From NCBI GenBank assembly GCA_013239625.1, contig MU053557.1, positions 1,681,063 through 1,745,062 on the forward strand: a DNA stretch of 64,000 nucleotides, read 5' to 3'. Below are positions 37,182 through 49,260 of the stretch, piece after piece (positions within the stretch are counted from its first letter, which is position 1; the number at the start of each line of letters is the position of its first letter). Both the position numbers and the translations under genes were made by a program. Origin of the DNA: Lama guanicoe (Eukaryota). The notes beneath the pieces are model-generated. The model was not told the DNA's origin, did not search any database, and saw only the letters and a list, made by a program, of their open reading frames with translations.

Positions 37182-37531
37182 CAATGGGCCTTCCTCCAGG
37201 GAGGTCCACACCTGCAGTACCTACAACACAAGGAAGTACAGAAAGAATTCTTCCAGCTGGCAGAGTTCCCCCCTAAGACAAAGAAGAAGGGTTGAGCCAT
37301 CAATGCTTAGATCCTTCTCCCAAACTCATCAATCGAACTACTCAGTCCCCTGGGGAAAAGTGAGTAACAGGGTGAGGAAGAGGCAAAGTACACTGCTGTG
37401 GAGATCCCTCCATGTGGAACACACAGCCAGGAAACAGCGCTCTCCCCATGCCCCTAGATAGGACAGTCTATTGCAAGCTTACCATCATATTACCATCCCA
37501 TATCAGCTCTTAGCCCTACCAGTGGAATTAT

Positions 37532-37534
<3 letters not shown>

Positions 37535-37578
<44 letters not shown>
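37535..37578 (+). repeat. Pure A44 homopolymer
   Basis: Direct read. Confidence 0.95.
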
Positions 37579-37581
<3 letters not shown>

Positions 37582-39107
37582 TACTCAAGATTTGGTTCTA
37601 CAAGCCTATCCTCAGTAACTAGAAGTCAGTAATAAGGAGTTTCTCGAAACTAACCAACTAATTCGACCAACGGTCATGATGAATAAACTTGTTTCCAAGG
37701 GAACCTGCAAGGCCTGCACTATGATCTTGATTTTATATTATTTACCATCTATAAGATTAAGAAGATGATAGCATGAAAGAGCATGTGATGCTGGCTTCTT
37801 TCCTCTTTTAGGATTTTCCCTCTAGTCAGCTGTTTTCTTGGGGGAAAGATGGTGTTTGCTGTTACTGCACTCTTAGAGCCGCCTTCTTCTCCCAACCTGT
37901 CTCATAAATAATGATGGAGCCTCAGCTACTTAGACTCTTGTTGCAGCTGGCTGCATTTATTTATGAAAGACGTGGGCAGCCAATCATTGTCGGCGTGCCT
38001 GCACAGTATTACTCTCAAAGAGGAGGCCTCGGGTCACTGGGAAACCAGGGACAGGCTGTTATACACTGTGACTGCCACCCCACCACCATCTCAGGGCAAA
38101 GATTTATTCAGCCCCTGGAATTGGCACATATTTTATTGCGGCAATCATAAAGAAACATGGCTATTGGGAACTCGTCCCATTTGCATGCTTCCTTCATGAA
38201 ACTTCAAAGCAATGTTGTGAAGATTTTACAAAGATTATCAATTACATCATCACCTGGAACATCCTTACCAGTTATGACCCAGTGATTGATTAAAAAAATG
38301 CAGATTGAAAAATTGTCATGATCTGTTTGTACCTAAAGCAATGAAATTTAATAAAATTAAGTTCAAAATTACTTAGACACAGGGCAAATAAATCAAAGTG
38401 GCTAAAATGTTTCTCTCATTCTTACAGATGAGTTAATAAAAAGAAAATGTACTATTTGATTGGAGGTCATAACAAAGCCTAATTTTACTAAAGCAGGAAT
38501 TCTAAACTTAAACTTTTAAACATAAGCCCAGGTAGATCCAGCCCTTAATTATCATTTTTAAAGGACTATAATTATGCTGCTAGGATTTTTACTTTCCATT
38601 TCTACATTCTCTGTTCTTCTCATTACCATGGTCCATGAGGATAGAAGCTTGACTTCGGGCTTCCTAAAAGCTTCTACTGTTACACTGGATTACAGCATCT
38701 TGACACAGTGATAGGGTATGAGAAGGACCAAAGCCCTCCTGACAATAGGATCTGACTGGCTGACACTGGAACGTCTGCTTCCAATTGTAGTTTCCTCTGG
38801 AAGATGGCAAACACCCAGTGTAGTTCGCAATTGTTTTCAGTGCTCAAGCTTATTGTTCAAAGGAGAAAGAAAGTGGTATTTCTTGAATACCTACAATGCT
38901 TTGGGTGTCTATATACATTAGACATTCCATCAGGGAACAAATGTTTCCTGAGGATTTACTGTTTGACTGACACTATGCTACATGCTGTGATGAAACTGTC
39001 TACTTGGTCATCAGCACACAGCTGAGCATTCGTCTCGACACTATTAGTCACTGGCAGCCCCCATCACAGCTCAGTTGTGACTTTCGCACATCTTTATTCA
39101 GAGACCT

Positions 39108-39542
39108 TGTATTAGTTTGCTAGAGCTGCTGTAACAAAGTACCACAGACGAGGTGGCTTAAACAGAAGCTTACTGTCTCACAGTTCTGGACGCCAGAGTC
39201 CAAGATCAAGGTGTTGGCAGGATTGACTCCTTCTGAAAGCTATGAGACGTCATCTGTTCCATGCCTCTCGTCTGGCTTCTGGTGGTTTACTGGCCATCTG
39301 TGGTGCTCCTTTGCCTACAGAATCACCACCCAGATCTCTGCCTCCATGTTCACTTGGTTTTCTCCCAGTGTGCTTGTCTGGGCCCAAACTCCCCGCAAAA
39401 GGACACCAGTCATATTGGATCAGGACCCACCCTAATGACCTCATTTTGACTTGATGACCTCTAAAGAGGCCCTATTGCTAAACAAGGTCACATTCTAAGC
39501 TACCAGGAGTTTTGAGTTAGGGACACATATCAACGCATAACA
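39108..39542 (-). mobile_element. MaLR solo LTR (MLT1C-like)
   Basis: TGTATTAGTTTGCTAGAGCTGCTGTAACAAAGTACCACAGAC...CATAACA; perfect 5-bp TSD GACCT at 39103-39107 and 39543-39547. Confidence 0.9.
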
Positions 39543-39844
39543 GACCTCCAGAACAGAGGCTCTCAGCAGTTTCCCCTCTGACACGTGAACACGATGTTCA
39601 TACGAGGAGCACACTCCTAAAGGTATGTTTTAACAAAACCCATTTCCACTGAGTTGCACTCTCTCTTTGCCATCTCCCTTATCGAAAAATTTTGCTCAAG
39701 TCATTTTTTTCCAATATCATAAAACTTCATTTCACTAGCATTATAATAATGACAATTAAGTAATAACCACTGAAGGCTCTGGTGCTGATGGGGTGGACTT
39801 CAGGTTGAAAGTTACTCTTAGAATTAGTAGTAATGTTATCCTTT

Positions 39845-40282
39845 CATCGCAGATCTCAGAATCAATCTACTAATACATCATATTAGCTCTACCTTCAAAA
39901 TATATCCAGAATCTGTCCATATCTCATTTTCTCCTCTGCCACCACTGGTCCAGCCAGGCCTACGTCTTTCATGGACTATTTAGGTTTCCTAACTGGTCAT
40001 GGTTGCTCCGCACTGTGGTCCCTCCCTACCCCCAGGCTATTTTAAACACAAAAACCAGAGAAATTCGTTTGAAACAAAAGTCAAATTCTATCATTCTTCT
40101 GCTAAGCACCTTCCCAAGGCACCCATCTTATTGAGAGTAAAGCTAAAAGCTTTATCAAAGCTCCAAGACATTACATAATCTGCCCCATTTCCTCTATTTC
40201 CTGTGAGTCTCTCCCTTGCTTACTCTGCTCCAGCTGTTCCTTAAACATGCTAGGTTCTTAATACTTGTTCAATGAATGAATT
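39845..40282 (+). mobile_element. L2 LINE fragment
   Basis: GCTCTACCTTCAAAATATATCCAGAATCTG...tail AATACTTGTTCAATGAATGAAT. Confidence 0.75.
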
Positions 40283-40394
40283 AAAAAAATGAACAGAATT
40301 CAAGTGACTGGGGAAAACATTTTTATGCTAGTTATCCATGAATGTACTCTGATGTTTAAAAAAAAAAAAGTAACCTTTGAAAACGTTAATAGTT

Positions 40395-40615
40395 CAGCTT
40401 CATTTCCCAGGGTTCAAATCCCTGTTCTACCACTTCTGTCTGTTCGATGCTGGGTACATTATTTATTCCCTTTGTGCTTTGAATTCCTCACCTATAAAAT
40501 GGATATAATGAAATTAACTTGTAGGATTTTTTTGAGGATTTACTAAATTAATACATAAAAAGCACTTAGGGTATAGTATCTGAATGCTATGTAAGTGTTA
40601 TCTATTATTATAATT
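40395..40615 (+). mobile_element. MIR SINE
   Basis: GGGTTCAAATCCCTGTTCTACCACTT...TTCCTCACCTATAAAATGGATATAAT...TTTTGAGGATT. Confidence 0.75.
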
Positions 40616-41421
40616 ACTTTAACTATGAGAAGTCTTTGGATTGATTCAAACATTAAATGACTGTATTTTTTCAGATAACTTCTCCACTCCCTCTTACCAT
40701 TCTCAGTGCTGAAAAAACATTCATGGTTCTTCTGGTTTAGTTTGTAGGAGAAGCATGTGATCTATTTATCAACTGCCTCCTTACTGGAGCCTATACCCTA
40801 TGGTTTTTGAAATAAAGCAGACCTTATCTTCCATCTATTGTTCTGAGTAAGCCTCCCCCTTCCCCAAGCTGGTTGTCTGTCATCTCTGAAGCTCTCTGGA
40901 AGTCAGCCCCTCACTGCAGAAGGGATTCAAATTCTTGTGGGCTACACTTTGCAATTATTCCTCTAGCATGAGACCCAGCTCAATCTCTTTTCTCCATCAA
41001 TAACCCTCCTAACCTCTTGCTGTTCATGCATAAAAAGTCTAACAAATTACCCTCCCTTGGGCCACCTTCTGAGGTCTCTACAGAACCCAATGGAGACTCA
41101 CATATTTTTCCAGATCAAATACTTGGAATAGGGGCTGCCTTCTTTTTACTTGTCCCACATACACACATCACTTTCTGCATCATTCTACCATCTCTCTACC
41201 ACTCCTTTCTCCATATTTCAGTCGCCTTGGGTATTCTACTAGTTGAATATCTGGCAACTTTCAAACAGAAGATAATAACCAGACTCCCAATAATTGGAGA
41301 AGAGAATGTTTCATGTACTTTTAGTCTTTTAGAAGGAGATTAGAGGGGCCCACATCAAATTCTGCCTCCAAGAGGAGAGTGGGTAGATACGATTGCTCTT
41401 CCATAAACTCTTCATTCCCTC

Positions 41422-41921
41422 TGTGGTAGGCAGAATAACGGGCCCCCAAAGATATCCATCCCTGTAAACTTTGTTACATTACACAGCAAGGGGGAATTAA
41501 GATTGCAGATGGAATTAAGGTTATTAATTGGCCAACTTTTTGAAAAAAGGAGATTAGTCTGTGTTACCCAAGTGGGCCCAATGCAATCACAAGGCTTTTT
41601 AATAGTGGAAGAGGGAGGCAGACAAGAAAGAAACAGAGATCACAGAATGAAGAGGACTCAGCCTAACATCGCCGGCTTTGAAGATGTACGAAGCGAGCCT
41701 TGAGCCAAGACCTGGGTGCAGCCTCTAGAAGCCAGAAAAAGAAATGGAAACAGACCTTCCCTGAGAGCCTCCAGAAAGGAATCCAGCCCTGCTGACACCT
41801 TCACTGTAGCCCAGTGAGACCCGTGTCACATTTCTGACCTGCAGAACTGTGACAGGATACATGTACGTTGTTTTTAAGACATAAAGCTGTTATGTTTTAC
41901 CATAGTAATAGGAAACTAACA
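41422..41921 (+). mobile_element. MaLR solo LTR (MLT1D-like)
   Basis: TGTGGTAGGCAGAATAA...GCCTCCAGAAAGGAATCCAGCCCTGCTGACACC...ATAGGAAACTAACA; perfect 5-bp TSD CCCTC at 41417-41421 and 41922-41926. Confidence 0.9.
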
Positions 41922-42799
41922 CCCTCTCCACGTAACCGTCTACCTTGTTGTCTCCCTCTGAGGGGGCAGCGCTGGCGCTGAGATAGGTCCCGTCAGCAGC
42001 AAGATGAGAATGTGGCTCTTCTCACCAACAAGCAGTTCTCTCAGCCGAGAATGCAGGGCTCTTACTGACCTTTGTTCTCAACTGAGAGGCTTCTCCATCA
42101 AGCCCAGCACTCTTCATCTAATACCAACATGCTATACTGGTGATGAATTATGACATACCTCATGCATGGCAACTGAGACCTCCAAGCACTGATGTGTTAC
42201 AGAACCATCCTGCAGCGATGCTCTTAGCCAGCCATGAGCTCTTTCCAGCTGCTGACTCATCAGGCTTGGCTCAGGACAAACGCCTGGTCTATAATTCCAA
42301 AGTCAGAATCTGTCTGACTCCAGAACCCATGGCCTGAATGAACCCTTACCCTTGACTACCTGCTGGAACCCAGAACAATAAAGCCATGTGACACAAGTCT
42401 TTTCTCCACAACCTGACATGCACAGGGAGACACCTGAGGGACTCCACATTCTGTCTCATGGGAGGCAGCTAACTGATCTAAAACTGATAGAACTGAGAGC
42501 TAAGGTTCATGCATTTGACAAAGAGTTCTTAAATTCTGTGTGGGACACACTTTCTGAATAGTTCCATTTCTCCATGCTGTCCACCCACTGATTTTTCAAA
42601 AAAAAAAAAAAACAGATTACAAAGGAAACTAGTTTGTACAGGGAACTGACTATAATCTCCTCTTCCAGGGCTTAAAGTTTATAATCATTTTAGTTCCAAT
42701 GTTCTCTACACAATAGCAGAGAGGAGTCTTTAAAATAAAAGTCTTCTTATTTTTCCTGTGCCTTCTTTACTGCCCTCCAATAAAATACTTTGAACATGG

Positions 42800-42930
42800 A
42801 GGGTGGGAGGGTATACCTCAGGGGTAGAGCGCATGCTTAGCATGCACGAGGTCCTGGGTTCAATCTCCAGTACCTCCAGTAAAAAAAAATAAGATAAAAT
42901 AATAAAACAATAAATAGAAATGCATTCTAA
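42800..42930 (+). mobile_element. tRNA-Ala(AGC)-derived SINE (Vic-1-like), short form: tRNA body plus A-rich tail
   Basis: GGTAGAGCGCATGCTTAGCATGCACGAGGTCCTGGGTTCAATCTCCAGTACCTCCA; 15-bp TSD AAAATACTTTGAACA at 42782-42796 and 42931-42945. Confidence 0.92.
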
Positions 42931-43347
42931 AAAATACTTTGAACACGGTATGTAAAGCTCAACATTGTCTGTCCCTGCCTATAACTGTTCCTACTCATGG
43001 GATCATGGTGAAGATTGCATTAGATGATACAAATGCTGCATCTGGAACAGGGTCTGCCCAAAGCAAGTGTCACGATGATCATCTCTCCAGCCCATCTTGT
43101 ACCACTCCTCTTCTTGCTCTCAAAGCCCTCCTGCTGCCCTGGCCTTTGTTCTGCTCCTCCTATATTCCACAGATCTTCTATTGGGAATATTCTGCCCCCA
43201 TCCTCCCGAAAGACCTTTACCTAAGTAATTCCCAACCCATCCAGAAGAATTCCACTCAGACGTCACTTCCTCAAGGCAGCTTCCTCTGTCTCTGCAGAAT
43301 AGATCAGGCTGCTTTCTCATGTACACTCATAGATCTTCTTGACTATG

Positions 43348-43775
43348 TAATAGCTTTATTGGGACATAATTCATCCACTAATCAATCCATGTAGAGTATG
43401 CAATTCAATGGTTTTTAATATATTCACGGACTTCTGCCATCATTACCACATTCAGTTTTAAAACACCTTCATTACCCCCAAAAAGAAACTCTATACTCAT
43501 TAACAGTCACCCTCTTCCCCTTCAACCACTCTATTCCTAGGCAACCACGAATATATTTCTGTCTCAATGGATTTGCTTATTTTGGATATTTCATATGAAT
43601 GGAATCATGAAGTATGTGACCCTTGTGTCAGACTCCTTCCACTTGACAACATGCGTTCAAGGGTCATCCATATTAGAGCATTATCAGCACTGTGATTCTT
43701 TTTTTGATAAATAACATTCCACTGTATGGATACACCACCATTCAACAGCTAATGGATATTTGGGTTCTTTTTCGC
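43348..43775 (-). mobile_element. L1MB-like 3' end nested in an L2 (about 43060-43960, +)
   Basis: AGCTTTATTGGGACATAATTCA...CAATTCAATGGTTTTTAATATATTCAC...CTAGGCAACCAC...GGATATTTCATATGAATGGAATCAT; L2 tail ATAAATGAATGAATGAA at about 43945. Confidence 0.8.
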
Positions 43776-44767
43776 AAACCTCTGAATTTAACTAAATATA
43801 CATGTACGTGATTATTTCTTTAATGTCTGTCTTTTTATGCTAGAAAATAAGCCTCTTAAAGGCAAGTATTATCACTGCTTCTTGCTCCCCACTGTGTCCC
43901 CATCATCAATTAACATTAGGTAAATGAAAGAATAAATAAATTCATAAATGAATGAATGAACTACAGGAGACTGAACAAAAAATTGGAGTTATCAAAAAGG
44001 GGTGACTTTTCTTCTCAGTGTAGGGACCCTCCTCTCCATTCATCCAGGGAAACTTTCTCACTAATTGCCCCAACATTCTGCAATTTCAAGTTTGGATGTG
44101 TAACACATGCCAGGTACCACAGCAGCTTAGCCAAAATCTGGACAACTTGACTTTACTGCTATTAGAAGCCTCATCAAAGGAGAGCAGAATCCTGACAACA
44201 TGTCCCACCTTGTCATGTGCTACAATCAAGTGTCTCCCCATCTATACGGACCACAGCTACCTGCAAATAACTCAGGCAAGCACAACCGCATATTCTTCCT
44301 TCTCTATAGCACACAGGCTCCCCAACATCCCAACTTTCACTCAGAAAATGTGCAAGCTCTTTTAAGTAACAGCTTAGTGGAGCTGCAAATGATGGGAGCA
44401 CAAAGCAAGTACAGTTTGAGTCTCAGGCTGCCAGCTTTCCAAGCATGCTCCAATAGGTCTAGCTCTCTTTTTTCCACTGGAGTCAAAGGTAAATGTGGCC
44501 AACTTGGAAGAATTACCACAGCCTGCTGTGCTGAAAGATATGTTTAAAGCAAAACCTTCATCAGCAGAAAAGAGGAAACAGACCGTCCTGTTTCCTGGGG
44601 AAAGCAGTTTGGGTGAGTAAGAGTTGCCTGCTGTCAAATGCAAACATAGTTTTAAGGTAATTTTGTTTCCCTACTCTTTTTGCTTGCTGAAGTTGCAACA
44701 CTTCACACCTATAATACAGACCACAGCACAACACATGTGTAATGCAGACCAGGAACTAGCCCTTGCG

Positions 44768-44970
44768 ATAACCGTGTCTGAGTGCTTACTGTGTGACAGC
44801 CACAGCACTAAGCACACGTCTGTGCTGGCGCCTCACAATGGTGCTAAGAAGTAGATTTTATAATTAACCCCATCTTTTAAATGAGGAAACCAAAGGTTCT
44901 TAGAGGGGTTATGAACTTTGACTAAGTCTGCAGCTGGTAATGGGGGCTGGGACTTTATCCCAGCTATGTT
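44768..44970 (-). mobile_element. MIR SINE
   Basis: TGAGTGCTTACTGTGTGACAGCCACAGCACTAAGC...CCCCATCTTTTAAATGAGGAAAC. Confidence 0.75.
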
Positions 44971-44994
44971 CCATGTTGTTCATCACCACGGTAG

Positions 44995-45205
44995 AGAGGC
45001 GCTAGTCGGAAGACCTAATTCCAGCTCTAGTACTGACACTCACCAGCGGTATGGACCAGGAGAGCCTCATCTCATTACTCTCTGCCTCTGTCTTTTCATT
45101 TGTGAAACAAGAAAATTACTACATGTTCAGCCTTACAGGGGTATGAAGACCAAGCTGACATAAATGCATTTGAGAGTGCTATGAAATATATGAAAACACT
45201 AGAGA
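44995..45205 (+). mobile_element. MIR SINE
   Basis: CTCTCTGCCTCTGTCTTTTCATTTGTGAAAC core. Confidence 0.6.
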
Positions 45206-46849
45206 AACCAAAGGAAATGAAGATAACATGATTATTATCAGGCATAAAGTCTTCACTAATTGGTCATTTGGAAACTTTCCAAGGGGCAGGAGGAAGTATC
45301 AACATCCACGTACATGATCCACGTAAATGATGAGTTTGGATGGGGAAGGTTGGCAGTAGTTAAACTGGGGGAAGAAAGGGGTAGTACTCATGGGGGCTAT
45401 GTGGTTCTGGTTATGTTATCTCAGCTAATCCTTATTGGTACATCCATCAATTTTATTGCCATTGTGCAATTGTATTTTCTGGTCCATTGAAGTTTAAGGA
45501 TACTGTCAAGCCAAGACAAGAGGAGTCAAGTATCAGGTTTATTGAATATATAATTTAACTCTGAGGTCTGCCTTCATTTAAAATCACAGAAAGCAAACAG
45601 AGTCGTCCATGGGCCCTGGCTGGAGTTGAATCACTGACTCACCTACGTATCATGTTTTGATGCCAAATAAATAAAATAGGACTTCTTAAAATCTCACATA
45701 TAGGCACATGCGAAAGAAGATGAGACTAGGGGATGCTGAGCAAGCTGCACGATACTTGCCGCTCAGAAGCTGTTGGGTCCTATGTGACGGAAAGGAAAGG
45801 AAAATGCATTCACATTTCAGCAGCACGTCATCTCTCTGGGATATCTCCCCTTGCTTCCTCCAGTGTTTAAGGGCAGAGCTTGACTGGGTTCATCTCTTTG
45901 CCTATGTTGCACCTAGAAGCCAGCTCTGTATAGAACAGGCATTGGGTGAATCATTAATAATTGACCAAGTTGACTGAACAATTTTCAAAATAATAATTGT
46001 CCCTATTCTTTCAGAGAATTGAATCTATAGAGTCATTTTATGATAGGCTCAGAGTCATTCTGAGATCCCGGGAAACCTTCAGATCAAGACTGAGGCCCTC
46101 CAAGAACCTGTCTCAGTGGCTTATGCTGTCTTAAGTGTAAGTAGCAAGGCCTTGCATTCTTGGATAATATCACACTAGACTACAGATAAGCAAAAGCTAT
46201 CAGGGAACAAGAAGGCCAAGTTACAAAATATTCTGTCAGGAAAAGAGTTACACAGTGAACAGAAGCCACGTCCTTAACTTAAGGTTAGCATGAAACTAGT
46301 TCATTTAAAAAACAGGGGTGAGGCCCACTCCACTGCCCACTGGCGTGTGTAGATTAATCTAAGACACTCAGACAACAAGTCAGACCGGCTTGACTAAGAG
46401 TTCCAATTTTGAAGACTAAGACCTTTATGCAATTCACTAAGACATGGCCCAGAGGCCTAAGCAAACCTTCTCAGGCCAACTACTGCAGCCCCGACCTTTC
46501 ATATCATGCTGAGTTGAGTTGCTCCCTCCTCATTACAATAGAGAATACATTTATAAGACTACTAACTCAATGGCCAAAGGACAGAGTTAACAACACCCAG
46601 ACCATATGTGAACAAACCCTCAGTCTTCTTTATGTCATGTTCTAGTCACCTCAACTAATTAGGCTCCTGTACTCAGAAATATCCTGTGAACCCAGGTGCT
46701 ATGCTAAGCATGGGGTGTTCTGCAATTATAGAGGAAAGTCATGCAGGCAGATGATCCAAGAAATCCACCCAATGATAATTAACATTCGACTTGAGCGACC
46801 GGAGCCAGCTACTGGCATTACCACCAGCTGAAATTTGCTGGAAAAGATG

Positions 46850-47360
46850 CCCATTTAAAACCTTTCAATGACTTCTCATTGTCCTTAAAATGAAATCTCA
46901 ATATTCTTAACACAAAGTCCAAAGCCGTCTATAGTCTGGACCCTGCCTATCTCTCCTGCTTCAACTCTTGTCCCTTCCTGCCCCCTCTTCCTACCACCCA
47001 CCTCCACCACCGTAAGACTTCTGTCTCTCCTGGCCTTCAAATAGCTCTTCCCTCTGTTTTGTACACAACCCCCAACTCTCTCTTGCTTAGCCAACTCCTA
47101 TGAAATTTTCATTCTGAATTTAGATGCCTTCTGCTGAGGATGACCTTCCCACCCCCACTTCCACTCCTCACTATGTGCTGTCACACCACCCTGTCCTCTC
47201 ATTTTCATACAACGTCAGTGTCATCACACACTTGTCCAGGCCACACCATAAGCCTACAGCAGTTAGGATGGTCTTTATGTCTTCTTCCCCTCTGTTTTCC
47301 CAGTGCCTAGCATAAGGCCTTACACGCTGTAGACCCTACATAAATATTTTATTGTTTGTT
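46850..47360 (+). mobile_element. L2 LINE fragment
   Basis: TTAAAACCTTTCAATGACTTCTCATTG...CCCAGTGCCTAGCATAAGGCCT...ATAAATATTTT. Confidence 0.75.
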
Positions 47361-48099
47361 TGGTACCTGGCTTAGATGTGCAGGTCAGTTTTGTCCTAAA
47401 TTGGCATCACATTTAGGCATTGCCTCTCCATCCACAGGCACAGTAGAGATTAGTGTTAATGCAGTCAAACAAGCCTCCTGCATTTTTTTAAACCCCGAAA
47501 AGCCATTCCATGACCCCTTGGTTTCACAGTGGATACCTGGTACCAGCCATGTCTCCTCCTCCCCTATCCCACCAAGTTCATACCACAGTAGGTGTCAGAA
47601 TCTTTAATTCCATTCATGGGAACGTCACGTCCCAACATTTAGAATAGAAGTGCTTAATCAAAAGTTGTTTAATTATTCTGTGTGTGCAGTTCAGGGCCCC
47701 TAACCTGAATTAGGAGCCTGGGGGTCACGTGGGAGAAATCTTTGTGTGATTTTTACATTAACCTAAGAGCTCCCAGAAAACCTGAGTGCATTACCTGTGT
47801 TTCTGCACAAGATAAATTGAGAGCCAGCCATGCACCACATAGTCCGGGAAGACATCATCATTCTAGTCATTATTCCAAGCAGCACACGCTACTGCTCAGC
47901 CAAGCACAAGAGCCCTGGCATTACCAGTTATCTCTTCTCTCCCCAAACTGCCTGGTTTCAAATTAGCATATACAGAGCCACTTAAAAGAAATCACAAAAA
48001 AACAATCCTGCACATCACTGTTTCTCAACCACGGGGACAGCCCTCCTTTGGGGCTATGACTCGTTGTAAGGTGTGCTACATAGGATTTTTCAGTCATCT

Positions 48100-48330
48100 T
48101 ATTATGGCTAAAGAACACAGTCTCTGGGATCATCAAAGCTTAGTTTGGATCCCAAAACTATCACTTACGGCCAGGGAAATACTTTTACAGGTCCCTTCCT
48201 TTCTCAGAGCCTATCTCCTCGTCTATAAAAGGGTGATAACAACGGTAGACATTTTACAGCACCAGGTGAGCATTAAATAAGGTAATGCTTGTAAAACACC
48301 TGACATGGAGCCAGGCACATAGAAAAGGTG
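48100..48330 (+). mobile_element. MIR SINE
   Basis: CTCCTCGTCTATAAAAGGGTGATAAC...GAGCATTAAATAAGGTAATGCTTGTAAAAC...GCCAGGCACATAG. Confidence 0.7.
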
Positions 48331-48409
48331 AGCATAACTGTCCCTGCTGCATGGAGTTATTGTGATTTTTTTTTGATTGATTCTCTTTTATTTATTTGAT
48401 AATAATTTT

Positions 48410-48820
48410 GGAGTTCTTTCCACAGCCATGCATCTATATAGACATCATTATTTTAAGGCTACCAGCTGCATAATATTCATTCTATTAACATGATTTTATT
48501 AACCAACCTCTTGTTAATGGGCATTTAGTGTCCTTCCAAAATTCTGGCATTGTAAACCATGATACAATGAACATCTTTGTATGTATATCTTTATGCACAT
48601 ATTAGGATAACAAATTCTCCAAAGTGAAATTAAATTTCTGAACCAAAAGGGAGAATGTACACATATATTTAATATGTTCATATATTTAGATTTGTATCTA
48701 GTATATGGTGGAGGGCTTTCCAACGGCCTTCTAGAAGGAATGTCTCAGTGTATACCTCCCTTACCTAAATTAGGTATTATCAATCTTTTTCATCTTTGTC
48801 CTACCAATGTCAAAACTGAT
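48410..48820 (-). mobile_element. Old L1M fragment
   Basis: GTTAATGGGCATTTAGTGTCCTTCCAAATT...CAATGAACATCTTTGTATGTATATCTTT. Confidence 0.6.
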
Positions 48821-48823
48821 TCA

Positions 48824-49260
48824 TTTTTATTTTTCTTAACATTTGATCTCCTTTACTTTAACATTTTTAATGAGTTATAGTCATTTTACAATGTTGTGTC
48901 GAATTCCAGTGTACAGCACAATTTTTCAGTCATACGTGAACATACATACATTCATTGTCACTTTTTTTTTCACTGTGAGCTATCACAGGATCTTGTATAT
49001 ATTTCCCTATGCTATACAGTATAATCTTGTTTATCTATTCTGCATATGCCTGTCAGTGTCTTCAAATTTTGAATTCCCAGTCTGTCCCTTCCCACCCCAC
49101 CCCCCTTGGCAACCACAAGTTTGTATTCTATGTCTATGAGTCTATTTCTGTTGTGTATTTATGTGTTTTTTTTTTTTTAGATTCCACATATGAGCGATCT
49201 TATATGGTATTTTTCTTTCTCATTCTGGCTTACTTCTCTTAGAATGACATTCTCCAGGGA
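48824..49260 (-). mobile_element. Younger camelid-type L1 3' end
   Basis: TTTACAATGTTGTGTCGAATTCCAGTGTACAGCAC...CCCTTGGCAACCACAAGTTTGTATTCTATGTCTATGAGTC...AGATTCCACATATGAG. Confidence 0.9.

Noticed and set aside
41956..41972. CTCF-like CTCTGAGGGGGCAGC
   Set aside because: It has two mismatches in the informative 5' part of the core.
42807..42878. Functional tRNA-Ala(AGC) gene
   Set aside because: It has an A-rich tail and 15-bp TSD, mutated A box (TACCTCAGGGG), stem mismatches and no oligo-T terminator, so it is a retroposed copy.
44768..45205. Head-to-head MIR pair as a long RNA hairpin
   Set aside because: Both copies are heavily diverged, so stable pairing is unlikely, and MIR density here makes adjacency unsurprising.
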